From a bacterium (lineage in GTDB: Bacteria > Auribacterota > Auribacteria > Auribacterales > Auribacteraceae), in NCBI GenBank assembly GCA_018435605.1, contig JAHDNF010000004.1, positions 184,542 through 248,541 of the forward strand: a stretch of 64,000 nucleotides of DNA, in the 5' to 3' direction. Below, one piece after another: positions 1 to 8,938 of the stretch; the first letter of the stretch is position 1, and every line of letters begins with the position of its first letter. The notes beneath the pieces were generated by a model. It made no database searches. It saw only the letters and a program-made list of their open reading frames with translations, and had not been told where the DNA came from. Both the position numbers and the translations under genes were made by a program.

Positions 1-103
1 TACATCGCTAAGCACATCTCAGAATGACCGTATAATAATTAAAGCCGCCATTTCGTATACATCTACCCCTCAATTACAGACATCGGATCACACTAATTTC
101 GGA

Positions 104-3100
104 GTGGCTATAAACGAAATGCCAGATTTTGATATCTGGAATAATGCAGTTTTTGCCGATTACCCAGGGTACCCGCAAGGATTGAAAATTATTTCCGACA
201 ACAATAATGTCCTTCACGCAACGTATTATGTATACTATGCCAGAAATGTAAGCACTCCGCCCGGCGTTTATTATTCGCAGTCCTCTGACGCAGGTGCAAA
301 TTGGACGCCAACTCATCTTACACCGGATAGTTCCACCTATAACAGCGGTTATACAAGCACATGGCCGCGCCGGCCGTCTATCTCGAAATACGGCGATGTA
401 ATAGCAATAGCATGGGTGGAAGATTCGGTAATGGGCACCGAAGGTTTTGAGGATAAAAGAATATACCTGCAGATAAACGACAATAACGGGAATCCGTCTG
501 ACTGGTTGACGTCAAACATACAGGTCAGCGGATCGTCATCCATATATAGCAATGTAATTGTGCATGTCGACTCCACTAGCAATGTACATGTTATATGGGA
601 AGCCTCAAATTCCGGCGTATCTTCTATAGAATACGCCAAGTACACTTATAACAGCGGATCAGGCCAATGGACAACAACCGGCATGGAAACTGTATCGACC
701 GGTGCGTCAACCGATTACGTATTGCGTACTCCGTCGGTAACAACATCTGCTTACGGTGTTCACGCTATATGGGGCGAATACAAAAAAGAAATTATACAAT
801 TAGGCTCGGAAGAAACATTGTTTTTGGAAAACTTTAATAGTTATCCTACCAGTAACTGGGCAGGATGGGGAGCCAATGGCGGTGTTTATAGTTACACAGA
901 AGGTTCCAATACATATATAAGGATGATCAAAGATTCTTCTTCGGCACGGTGCGGCCTTTATCAAAAAGCTAATTGGAGTCCTTCTAAAGATCTTACGGGA
1001 GCAACTATTTCCATTGATATACGAACAAATCTAGGTTCATCCGTTTCAAACTCTGTTACAGCGGAAATTGTCGCTAAGCCGATTAACGGGGGAAACTATT
1101 CGACATTCAGTCTGCCTATTGGATCACTTTTAACTTTACCCGCATCATTATCAGGCTGGCAAACACTTAACTTTGATGCTGAAGACTTGACAGATATAGA
1201 AGGAACTTATGTATTGCCTGATCTTACCGATGTAATACAGGTTAAGATTCGTATCGAGTACACAGGCGCAGTTAATATCGATTTGGATAATTTTACGGCA
1301 GTAGGTTTTACTGATTCAACAACAATACCGCCTGAGATGCGTATTGTTTCTAGCACGCGAACAACATCGTGGCAGTCTGAGCAGGAAGTATACACTGATA
1401 CATACGAAAACGAACAATTGTTATCCGGTGCTCCGGGCAACCATGTGAATTATCCCGTTTATTTTCCGAAAATAACCGCCATGGGTGATTATACTTATGC
1501 CGTATGGCAGTTTACCACCGTAGGAACACCCGGCGACGACGGACTCGAACAATTTTCGGAAATAAAATATTCCAAACGAGATGTGTCTTCGTTGTCAAAC
1601 GATTGGGATACAGCGTCTACCATATCCTCTAGCGGATATGCACCCGCTATTTCCGTATGGAATAATTCTGGTACGCCTGCGGTACAGGTTGTATACGCCA
1701 ATAATTTTTCGGAGTATGTATCTGAAAATGCCTATACAGGCAATCTTTTGTACGTGGAAAGTGAAAACCACGGCGCAACTTGGTCGACTGCCGAAGGCAT
1801 TGCTTCAGGTAGCGGTTTGGCCAGCGGTATACGAAGGCCGTATCTAAACATCAGATGGGGCGGTCAAAATGGATTTCGCGCGGCTCATTTTCTATCGTAT
1901 CCTTTCATCTTTTCTGATGAAAACGGAATCTCTACATTAAACTGGATAAACGGCGGTGTAGATGTAGACAAGCCGGAAGAATATTATATGGTTCGCGGAG
2001 TGACTTTGCTTGATCCACCTAACCCGCCTTTTGCCAATATTACCTTGAACGAAGACGAAGAATTTATAGGGTTTACGATATCATGGAACCCGCCGGATAT
2101 AGTCTTTGCGCCAACAGGTTACAAGTTACGTCGTATTGCAAATAACAACACAGCGTCGCCGTATGAGCTCAATTCCGGCAATCCGATACACGCTATTGTA
2201 TATTTCGATGACGATAACATCTTAGCCGATACCCATTACCGCTATGAATTAGCTTATGTGATAGACGGATTAGCTTCACCGTGGTCGAGTTTGTCAAACG
2301 CAGTCAAACCTGATACGGTTTTGCTTATAGACGACTTCGAGTTAGATGCATCGCCACAAACCTATACCGGAATAGAATACACCATGTTTAACCCATATAT
2401 AACCGGTTCTATAACCGATGAAACTACCGAAGGGTTTGCCCCGGCATCTGGCGATAATTTTTATAAAATTGTATACGACGACAATGACGGGACAGCACCA
2501 GGGTCCTTTGTTTCTTTGGTATTTCCGACTGCCATGAATTTCACAGGTTACGGTAGCATCAAGTTTAATATATTGGCTCCGGTAGGAGCGCTTGAACGGG
2601 ATGTCGTAGTACAATTTGTGGAAGAAGATACCGGAGAAGTCTTTCAAATAGGCACTTCTATAACTCTTTCCGCTGACGGTCAATGGGATACATATTATCT
2701 GTTCTTCGATCAGGTCTCTTTGGAAGTAAACGGAATACCCGGCGCTATGCTTGATCTTGATAAAATAAAAAAGATTAATTTTGTAACTTGGTTTCCCGGA
2801 AGCACAACATATTATATTGACGACATAACCCTTATTCCAACTACATCAAGCAATATAATTTTATATTTAAGTCCAAAAAACCTCACGGCAGACCCTATTT
2901 ATGATTCCGGCGAAGAAAAAAGGCATGTGATGAATCAGCTTAATACCCCTGTTTACGTGTATTACGGAAACATGGATGCCCTCTGGCAATTAAGAATTTA
3001 TACCTCGTCCGTAGTTAAAAACAGAAATGCACAAGAACATATTATAAAAAGAGACGGATTGATCCGATACGATAATGCTACCGATACGGTATACCCGGAA

Positions 3101-3655
3101 TACACTATACGATTGAAAGTTTGGTGCGAAAATTTCGGCCCTCCGGGCTTTTTCAAATCGGACGGCACTATCAATGATCCGGTATACAAGATTTTAGGTT
3201 ATCCTCCTGTAACCAACGATTATTTCTTCAAAGGATATGATTTTGATAATGACGGCGATATTTCAGGTTATTATAACAGAGAACTAAATACGTATGTTGA
3301 AGGAAACAACCCGGGGCAATTCCCGTTCGACCTTGACGGCGATGGTTTTGCACAGGGAGACGACTTTTTTACCGAATCAGACAGGGATAGAATCGGTGAA
3401 GAACCGGTCTGGCTGTTCGTTCCTGTTATGAAACATCCTACAGAACCAATGGACTCCGACGCGATAGTCATGGATCCCGAAGACCCTGCAACATGGCGTA
3501 TACTTTCCGACTGGGATAAAGGATCAGGAGGACATCAGCTAGGGCTGTATTTCGCTGTTTTTATCAGCGAAGAATATATCTTAAATACCACTGATCCGGA
3601 CATTTTATACGGCGAATATACCAACGTGGTCATAGTAGACGTCACATATAACTAA
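104..3655 (+). CDS. Large (1183 aa) BNR/Asp-box repeat protein with C-terminal dockerin-like / thrombospondin-type-3-like calcium-binding repeats; no recognisable N-terminal signal peptide
   Basis: Asp-box motifs S-x-D-x-G-x-x-W (SQSSDAGANWT, ESENHGATWS, SGSGQWTT). C-terminal D-x-D-x-DG repeats (YDFDNDGDISGYY, FDLDGDGFAQGDDFF). The ORF opens after a TAA at 35-37; the first start codon is GTG at 104 (ATG at 119). A TATAAT-like hexamer lies at 32-37. Confidence 0.55.
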   Translation: MAINEMPDFDIWNNAVFADYPGYPQGLKIISDNNNVLHATYYVYYARNVSTPPGVYYSQSSDAGANWTPTHLTPDSSTYNSGYTSTWPRRPSISKYGDVIAIAWVEDSVMGTEGFEDKRIYLQINDNNGNPSDWLTSNIQVSGSSSIYSNVIVHVDSTSNVHVIWEASNSGVSSIEYAKYTYNSGSGQWTTTGMETVSTGASTDYVLRTPSVTTSAYGVHAIWGEYKKEIIQLGSEETLFLENFNSYPTSNWAGWGANGGVYSYTEGSNTYIRMIKDSSSARCGLYQKANWSPSKDLTGATISIDIRTNLGSSVSNSVTAEIVAKPINGGNYSTFSLPIGSLLTLPASLSGWQTLNFDAEDLTDIEGTYVLPDLTDVIQVKIRIEYTGAVNIDLDNFTAVGFTDSTTIPPEMRIVSSTRTTSWQSEQEVYTDTYENEQLLSGAPGNHVNYPVYFPKITAMGDYTYAVWQFTTVGTPGDDGLEQFSEIKYSKRDVSSLSNDWDTASTISSSGYAPAISVWNNSGTPAVQVVYANNFSEYVSENAYTGNLLYVESENHGATWSTAEGIASGSGLASGIRRPYLNIRWGGQNGFRAAHFLSYPFIFSDENGISTLNWINGGVDVDKPEEYYMVRGVTLLDPPNPPFANITLNEDEEFIGFTISWNPPDIVFAPTGYKLRRIANNNTASPYELNSGNPIHAIVYFDDDNILADTHYRYELAYVIDGLASPWSSLSNAVKPDTVLLIDDFELDASPQTYTGIEYTMFNPYITGSITDETTEGFAPASGDNFYKIVYDDNDGTAPGSFVSLVFPTAMNFTGYGSIKFNILAPVGALERDVVVQFVEEDTGEVFQIGTSITLSADGQWDTYYLFFDQVSLEVNGIPGAMLDLDKIKKINFVTWFPGSTTYYIDDITLIPTTSSNIILYLSPKNLTADPIYDSGEEKRHVMNQLNTPVYVYYGNMDALWQLRIYTSSVVKNRNAQEHIIKRDGLIRYDNATDTVYPEYTIRLKVWCENFGPPGFFKSDGTINDPVYKILGYPPVTNDYFFKGYDFDNDGDISGYYNRELNTYVEGNNPGQFPFDLDGDGFAQGDDFFTESDRDRIGEEPVWLFVPVMKHPTEPMDSDAIVMDPEDPATWRILSDWDKGSGGHQLGLYFAVFISEEYILNTTDPDILYGEYTNVVIVDVTYN

Positions 3656-3854
3656 CCTTTCTTTCGATTTCGATTGCCGACCAATTTTTCAGTATCCATC
3701 TAATTCATTGTCAGGTATCGTTTATGCTGTTGTTTGTTATACAGTCGGCAACGTTCGGAATTGATTCACATCACTGACATTCGCCGGCGTGTCCTGACTA
3801 TTACAGATTCAATTAAGTTGTGCTGAGGTCTTACAATATGTTACACTAAAAAGA

Positions 3855-3891
3855 AAAGGCGCCCAAACATTATCGGGCGCCTTATCTTTTT
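3855..3891 (+). terminator. Rho-independent terminator downstream of the 104..3655 gene (GC stem GGCGCCC/GGGCGCC followed by a T-run); possibly bidirectional
   Basis: AAAAGGCGCCCaaacattatcGGGCGCCTTATCTTTTT; an A-run precedes the stem and a T-run follows it. Confidence 0.6.
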
Positions 3892-3941
3892 AAGATACCA
3901 TACTAATACATACCCATGTAATCCTACTTCTGCTTGCAATA

Positions 3942-3977
3942 GAAAAAAACATCTACCGGCTAAGCCGGTGGATGTTT
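3942..3977 (-). terminator. Rho-independent terminator for the minus-strand gene 3998..4489
   Basis: Inverted repeat AAACATCTACCGGC-taa-GCCGGTGGATGTTT (one G-U wobble). It is followed, in the minus direction, by a run of 7 T (plus-strand A7 at 3943-3949). Confidence 0.55.
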
Positions 3978-3997
3978 ACTAATATGGCCTTTTATTA

Positions 3998-4489
3998 CTA
4001 AAACTCTCTTGATGCACAGTTCAACGAAGAAGAACGGAATTCTATTTTCTTAATATTCAACTTGTCTTTCAATAGTTCATAGAATACCGTGCAGAACCAT
4101 TCGCAAGTAGAGGGGCCTTTGCTTACAGATATTCTGCTTTCAGGATACGATTTTACCAGCTCATGATTGAGAGCTTTTGCAGGCTTACCAAATCTATTTG
4201 TTGTACCCTTCATTCCTGTCTTCTCATATCCTTGCAAAACTAACTCAAGCAAGGGGTCTCCTTCTTGAAAAATCGTTCCATGCATGAAGTTATCGGCTAC
4301 TTCCCATGCTAATTTTTGTGCCTCTTTTACTGGGTAGGCATAATTGTGTTTATTTAAGTCCCCCTCAATTTCGATCGTTAGCAATCCCGAGTGTCCATGA
4401 AGATAGCTTGCCTCTCCTTGATAATTCATAAACCTGTGTGCATACTGGAAGTCAAGTTTTACGATTGATCTGTACTTTTCGTTTGACAT
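3998..4489 (-). CDS. 6-pyruvoyl-tetrahydropterin synthase family protein (PTPS/QueD-like)
   Basis: KLDFQYAHRF...ASYLHGHSGLLTIEIEG matches the PTPS/QueD zinc-binding H-x-H and AHR motifs. At 163 aa it is longer than the canonical ~120-aa QueD. Confidence 0.55.
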   Translation of the reverse strand: MSNEKYRSIVKLDFQYAHRFMNYQGEASYLHGHSGLLTIEIEGDLNKHNYAYPVKEAQKLAWEVADNFMHGTIFQEGDPLLELVLQGYEKTGMKGTTNRFGKPAKALNHELVKSYPESRISVSKGPSTCEWFCTVFYELLKDKLNIKKIEFRSSSLNCASREF

Positions 4490-4604
4490 GATATCTTACT
4501 CCTTTTGGTTGATATGCATATTTTGATATTATTTACTACATGCCGCTAATCACTCTTTATTTTTTCAATAAATCACCTCCTTTAATTTGCGTTAGCTACT
4601 AAAT

Positions 4605-4620
4605 CGTAATCATTACTACT
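4605..4620. promoter_or_regulatory. Fur-family-box-like palindrome (CGTAATCATTACTA) in the upstream region of the PTPS-like gene
   Basis: 7-1-7 inverted repeat sharing the 13-nt core GTAATCATTACTA with the box at 5087-5101. Resembles the B. subtilis Fur/PerR 7-1-7 box architecture. Confidence 0.4.
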
Positions 4621-4635
4621 AAATAGGCAAAAAAA

Positions 4636-5073
4636 TTATTTTCCCTTACACCTTGAACAGATGCCTTCCAATACTACCCTCTTATTGATAATGACTCCTT
4701 GTCTCTGCACAGCCTCCGGTACGGCGATATCATTATAAGCATCATTTTCGAAATCGTAAATGGTATAACACTTAATACATCTAAAATGATGATGATGACG
4801 CAAGTTGGGCTCAAAACGTTTTTGCTCACCCGTTCCTTCCACTAGATTAACTAGGCCTAGTTCAGTAAATGACAACAACGTTCGGTAAACGGTATCAAAA
4901 GAAATATTCGATAAGGTCTTTCGCACACGTTTGTATATAGCGTCAGCAGTGGGATGATCCGTTGCCTTAACTAGCTCATCAAATATGACCGATCGTTGCG
5001 GGGTAATCTTAAGCCCCCTCTCGGCACACTTGTCATAAAACATTTTTTTTAGGTCTTCATTATTAATTTTCAT
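4636..5073 (-). CDS. fur: Fur-family metalloregulator (Fur/PerR/Zur class; subfamily not resolvable)
   Basis: N-terminal winged-helix region (LKITPQRSVIFDEL) and C-terminal HHHHFRCIKC plus CSRC metal-site motifs typical of the Fur family. Confidence 0.8.
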   Translation of the reverse strand: MKINNEDLKKMFYDKCAERGLKITPQRSVIFDELVKATDHPTADAIYKRVRKTLSNISFDTVYRTLLSFTELGLVNLVEGTGEQKRFEPNLRHHHHFRCIKCYTIYDFENDAYNDIAVPEAVQRQGVIINKRVVLEGICSRCKGK

Positions 5074-5086
5074 AAGACCACTATAT

Positions 5087-5101
5087 AGTAATCATTACTA
5101 T
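5087..5101. promoter_or_regulatory. Perfect 7-1-7 palindrome TAGTAATcATTACTA in the divergent fur / nuoE-like promoter region (putative Fur-family operator, autoregulatory)
   Basis: TAGTAAT-C-ATTACTA lies 14 nt upstream of the fur start codon. The second copy at 4605-4620 has one mismatch. Confidence 0.45.
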
Positions 5102-5263
5102 TTGTAAATAATAATTTTTTATCCATCAGCAAAATTATGCTAAATTGATTGATCGTTCTGCCGATCTATGTTAATATTTATAATCCTTCTATGGCATCTT
5201 ATGTAACATACTTATATCCAAGGATTTACCCTAAAGAAACTTACACGAAGGGAGCGGACTGTT

Positions 5264-5794
5264 ATGAACGACCCAAAATGTTCGGGGTGCGCATGTACAC
5301 TATCCGAAGAAGAAATCACAAAACGATTGGACGATATAATTGAAGAATATCGTGACAAACCGGGCGGCTTGATTCCCGCTCTGCAGATCGTGCAAAGCCT
5401 GCTGGGTTATTTGCCGGATAAAGTCATACGGTACTTGAGCAACGGATTTCATAAATCATACAGCGAAGTTGCAGGAATAGTGAGTTTCTATTCGTTTTTT
5501 TCTACTACTCCCCGCGGTAAATACATTATTAGGGTTTGTCTTGGAACAGCATGCTATGTACGCGGCGGAAAACAGATACTGGAAAACTTAAAGCAGGAAC
5601 TTGGTATCGATGTCGGCGAAACTACGGAAGATAGAATGTTTACCCTTTCCATAGCAAGATGCTTCGGCGCATGCGGCCTTGCTCCGGTAATAACTATTAA
5701 TGACGATATCCATCAGCGCGTCAAAGGCGCGAAAGTCAGGGATATCCTCAAATATTACCGCGAAAAGGATTCTCAGGGAAAGGAGATGAATTGA
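5264..5794 (+). CDS. NuoE-like thioredoxin-fold [2Fe-2S] subunit (HydC/HndA-like) of a multimeric [FeFe]-hydrogenase
   Basis: CLGTACYVRGG ... CFGACGLAPV cysteine pattern of the NuoE/24-kDa family. Translationally coupled to the next gene (stop at 5792-5794, next ATG at 5796). Confidence 0.8.
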   Translation: MNDPKCSGCACTLSEEEITKRLDDIIEEYRDKPGGLIPALQIVQSLLGYLPDKVIRYLSNGFHKSYSEVAGIVSFYSFFSTTPRGKYIIRVCLGTACYVRGGKQILENLKQELGIDVGETTEDRMFTLSIARCFGACGLAPVITINDDIHQRVKGAKVRDILKYYREKDSQGKEMN

Positions 5795-5795
5795 T

Positions 5796-8700
5796 ATGGC
5801 ACACCGATTTCAATCTATCAGCGATTTTAACTCATTTAAAAATAAACTTCAGTCCACTGAACGGAGAAAAACGCGCATTATGGTCTGCGCCGGAGGCGGA
5901 TGCCTCGCTTCAGGCTCGCTCGATGTAAGCGCGGCGTTCCGCAAAGAAATATTAAACCAGAAAATCGGCGATCAGGCGACTGTCATAGAAACCGGCTGTC
6001 AGGGTTTGTGCGCCGCGGGGCCTGTGGTGACTATTGAGCCGGACGGCATATTTTATGAGAATGTAAAGCCGCAGGATGTGCCTGAAATCGTCAAAGATCA
6101 TATAATGAACGGCAAAGTAGTACAAAGGCTTGTACATAAAGATAACCTAACAGGCGCCCCCATACCTAAAATGCAGGATATCCCCTTTTTTAAAAAACAG
6201 GAAAAGATAGTACTGCGCAACTGCGGAACTATCGATCCTTTGGATATAGAACAATATATCAATAAAGAAGGGTATGCCGGATTAGCCGGCGTACTCGACG
6301 AGATGTCATCCGATCAAATAATCGACACTGTAATAAAATCAGGGTTGCGCGGACGCGGAGGCGCAGGGTTTCTGACCGGCAAGAAATGGAGTTTCGCTCA
6401 AAAAACAGCAGGCGATGTCAAATATGTTCTGTGCAATGCCGACGAAGGCGACCCGGGCGCGTTTATGGATAGAAGTATTCTCGAAGGCGACCCGCACAGT
6501 GTTATAGAAGGCATGGCTATAGCAGGATACGCCATAGGCGCGAATCAGGGTTACGTATACGTCAGAGCTGAATATCCTCTTGCTGTGGAACGTCTTAACC
6601 ATGCAATTATGCAGGCTAGGCAATATGGATTGCTTGGCGACAAAATTCTAGGCACTAATTTTTCTTTTGATCTGGAAATCAGGATGGGGTCCGGCGCTTT
6701 CGTATGCGGCGAAGAAACCGCATTGATCGCGTCTATCGAAGGAAACCGCGGCGAACCGCGGCCAAGGCCTCCGTTTCCGGCGGACAAAGGGTTGTGGAAT
6801 AAACCAAGCCTTCTTAATAACGTAGAAACATTCGCCAATATTCCGGTTATTTTTTCAAAAGGTGCAGACTGGTTCGCCTCTTTTGGCACTGAAAAAAGCA
6901 AAGGCACCAAAGTGTTCGCTCTGGCGGGCGCGGTTAACAATACCGGACTGGTTGAAATTCCCATCGGAACCACTTTAGGAGACCTGATTTACGATATCGG
7001 AGCCGGCATGACGTCCGGTGCGGATTTCAAAGCCGCCCAGATCGGCGGACCCTCCGGAGGATGTGTACCAAAAGAATACCTCAACGTGCCTCTGGATTAC
7101 GAATCGCTCAACGAACTGGGTGCAATCATGGGTTCCGGCGGTTTAATCATTATGGATGACAATACATGCATGGTAGACGTTGCCCGTTACTTTCTCGAAT
7201 TCGTTCAGGAAGAATCATGCGGGAAATGTACTCCGTGCAGAGTCGGAACCAAACGTATGCTGGAAATTCTTACGCGGATTTGCGATGGTCACGGAACTAC
7301 GGACGACCTTTGCATGCTTAACGATCTCGGTGTCATGATCAAAGATACATCACTTTGCGGACTTGGACAAACAGCTCCGAACCCTGTATTGTCCACCATG
7401 AAACATTTTTTTGAAGAATACATCATGCATATTCGCGACAAATATTGCGCCGCCAGCATATGCCCGGCTCTTGTGCGGGCTTCTTGCCAAAATGCTTGTC
7501 CGGCAAATGTGGATATACCGGGTTTCGTATCGTTGATCGGAGAAAAACGGTATGCGGAAGCGCTAAAACTTCATCGCGAACGAAATCCGTTCGCATCTGT
7601 CTGCGCTCGTGTATGTTTTCATACCTGTGAGGATAAATGCAGGCGTTCTACAGTAGACGAACCGGTTTCTATAAGAGGACTCAAACGGTTCATGGTCGAA
7701 CAGGAAGTAACTGTTCAGCTACCGGAATTTCGGGAAAACTCAGCTAACGAAAAACGGAAAATCGCTATTATCGGAGCAGGCCCGGCAGGCTTGTCGTGCG
7801 CGTATTTTCTGGCTCGACTCGGTTACCGTCCGACAATTTTCGAATCGGAACACCGTCCGGGAGGCATGCTTGTGCAAACCATTCCGGCATACAGGCTACC
7901 GCGCGAAGAACTCGCCCGCGAAATCCGCATGATCGAGAATATGGGAGTGTCCATTGAAACCGGCATGCGGCTTGGCGAGAATATATCGTTGAAACAATTA
8001 CGCGATGACGGCTACGACGCTGTTTTCATCGCTGTCGGCGCGCCAAACGGTATGCGTCTTAATGTCAGAGGCGAAGACGCCGACGGCGTATTCGACGCTA
8101 TAGAATACCTGCGCCAATACAACATCCGAGGATCCGTTCCTGTAAAAAAACGTGTCGTTATCATTGGCGGCGGAAATGCCGCCATAGATGCGTCACGCAC
8201 TGCGTTACGGCTCGGCGCAGATCAGGTTACTGTCATGTACCGCAGAACACGAGGCCAGATGCCTGCGTATGCTGAAGAAGTCGTATGCGCCGAAGAAGAA
8301 GGCGTCAAATTCGAATTCCTTGTCGCCCCTACGGAAATAGTCGTGGAAAACGGTCAGGTATCAGGCATCAAATACCGTTACATGACACTCGGAGAGTTCG
8401 ACCGTTCCGGAAGAAGACGCCCGCAGGATATGGGCACGGAAGATTTTTTTATGGAATGCGATCAGGTAATTTCCGCAATCGGACAGTATATGGATCCGAA
8501 AGAAATGTTTACCGATATCAACATCAAACTGACCAGAAATAATCTGATAGAGGCGAATCCGGTAACCGGACAAACATCGGTCGATTGGATTTTTTCCGGC
8601 GGCGACAGCGTTACCGGCGCATCATCAGTGGTGCAGGCAGTAGCCGGCGGCGAACGAGCGGCTATCGGAATCGATATGTTTTTAACCGGTGCAAACCATG

Positions 8701-8912
8701 CTTTTTGGAGAAAAGAAAAAGCGGTTGACACATTCTTCGATCCAGATGCCGATATTGTAGATTGCAAACGAGCCGCCATGCGCCTTGTGCCGGTCATCAA
8801 ACGCAAAAACAACTTCAATGAAGTTGAACTTCCATGGACGGAAGGCGATGCTGTTCGTGAAGCAAAACGTTGTCTGCGTTGCGATTACGGTAAGACTACT
8901 GTGGAAAAATAA
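5796..8912 (+). CDS. NuoF-like FMN/NADH-binding [4Fe-4S] subunit fused to a GltD/NfnB-like FAD/NAD(P)H oxidoreductase domain (1038 aa)
   Basis: N-terminal 2Fe-2S region (VCAGGGCLASGS, CQGLCAAG). NuoF core (GLRGRGGAGF, ESCGKCTPCR). Extra Cys clusters (CPALVRASCQNACP, CARVCFHTCEDKC). Then IAIIGAGPAGLSCAYFLA and VVIIGGGNAAIDASRTA dinucleotide-binding motifs, as in glutamate synthase small chain, SfrB and FdhB. Confidence 0.8.
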   Translation: MAHRFQSISDFNSFKNKLQSTERRKTRIMVCAGGGCLASGSLDVSAAFRKEILNQKIGDQATVIETGCQGLCAAGPVVTIEPDGIFYENVKPQDVPEIVKDHIMNGKVVQRLVHKDNLTGAPIPKMQDIPFFKKQEKIVLRNCGTIDPLDIEQYINKEGYAGLAGVLDEMSSDQIIDTVIKSGLRGRGGAGFLTGKKWSFAQKTAGDVKYVLCNADEGDPGAFMDRSILEGDPHSVIEGMAIAGYAIGANQGYVYVRAEYPLAVERLNHAIMQARQYGLLGDKILGTNFSFDLEIRMGSGAFVCGEETALIASIEGNRGEPRPRPPFPADKGLWNKPSLLNNVETFANIPVIFSKGADWFASFGTEKSKGTKVFALAGAVNNTGLVEIPIGTTLGDLIYDIGAGMTSGADFKAAQIGGPSGGCVPKEYLNVPLDYESLNELGAIMGSGGLIIMDDNTCMVDVARYFLEFVQEESCGKCTPCRVGTKRMLEILTRICDGHGTTDDLCMLNDLGVMIKDTSLCGLGQTAPNPVLSTMKHFFEEYIMHIRDKYCAASICPALVRASCQNACPANVDIPGFVSLIGEKRYAEALKLHRERNPFASVCARVCFHTCEDKCRRSTVDEPVSIRGLKRFMVEQEVTVQLPEFRENSANEKRKIAIIGAGPAGLSCAYFLARLGYRPTIFESEHRPGGMLVQTIPAYRLPREELAREIRMIENMGVSIETGMRLGENISLKQLRDDGYDAVFIAVGAPNGMRLNVRGEDADGVFDAIEYLRQYNIRGSVPVKKRVVIIGGGNAAIDASRTALRLGADQVTVMYRRTRGQMPAYAEEVVCAEEEGVKFEFLVAPTEIVVENGQVSGIKYRYMTLGEFDRSGRRRPQDMGTEDFFMECDQVISAIGQYMDPKEMFTDINIKLTRNNLIEANPVTGQTSVDWIFSGGDSVTGASSVVQAVAGGERAAIGIDMFLTGANHAFWRKEKAVDTFFDPDADIVDCKRAAMRLVPVIKRKNNFNEVELPWTEGDAVREAKRCLRCDYGKTTVEK

Positions 8913-8938
8913 TCCTGATTAACATAGGAGATGAAATT

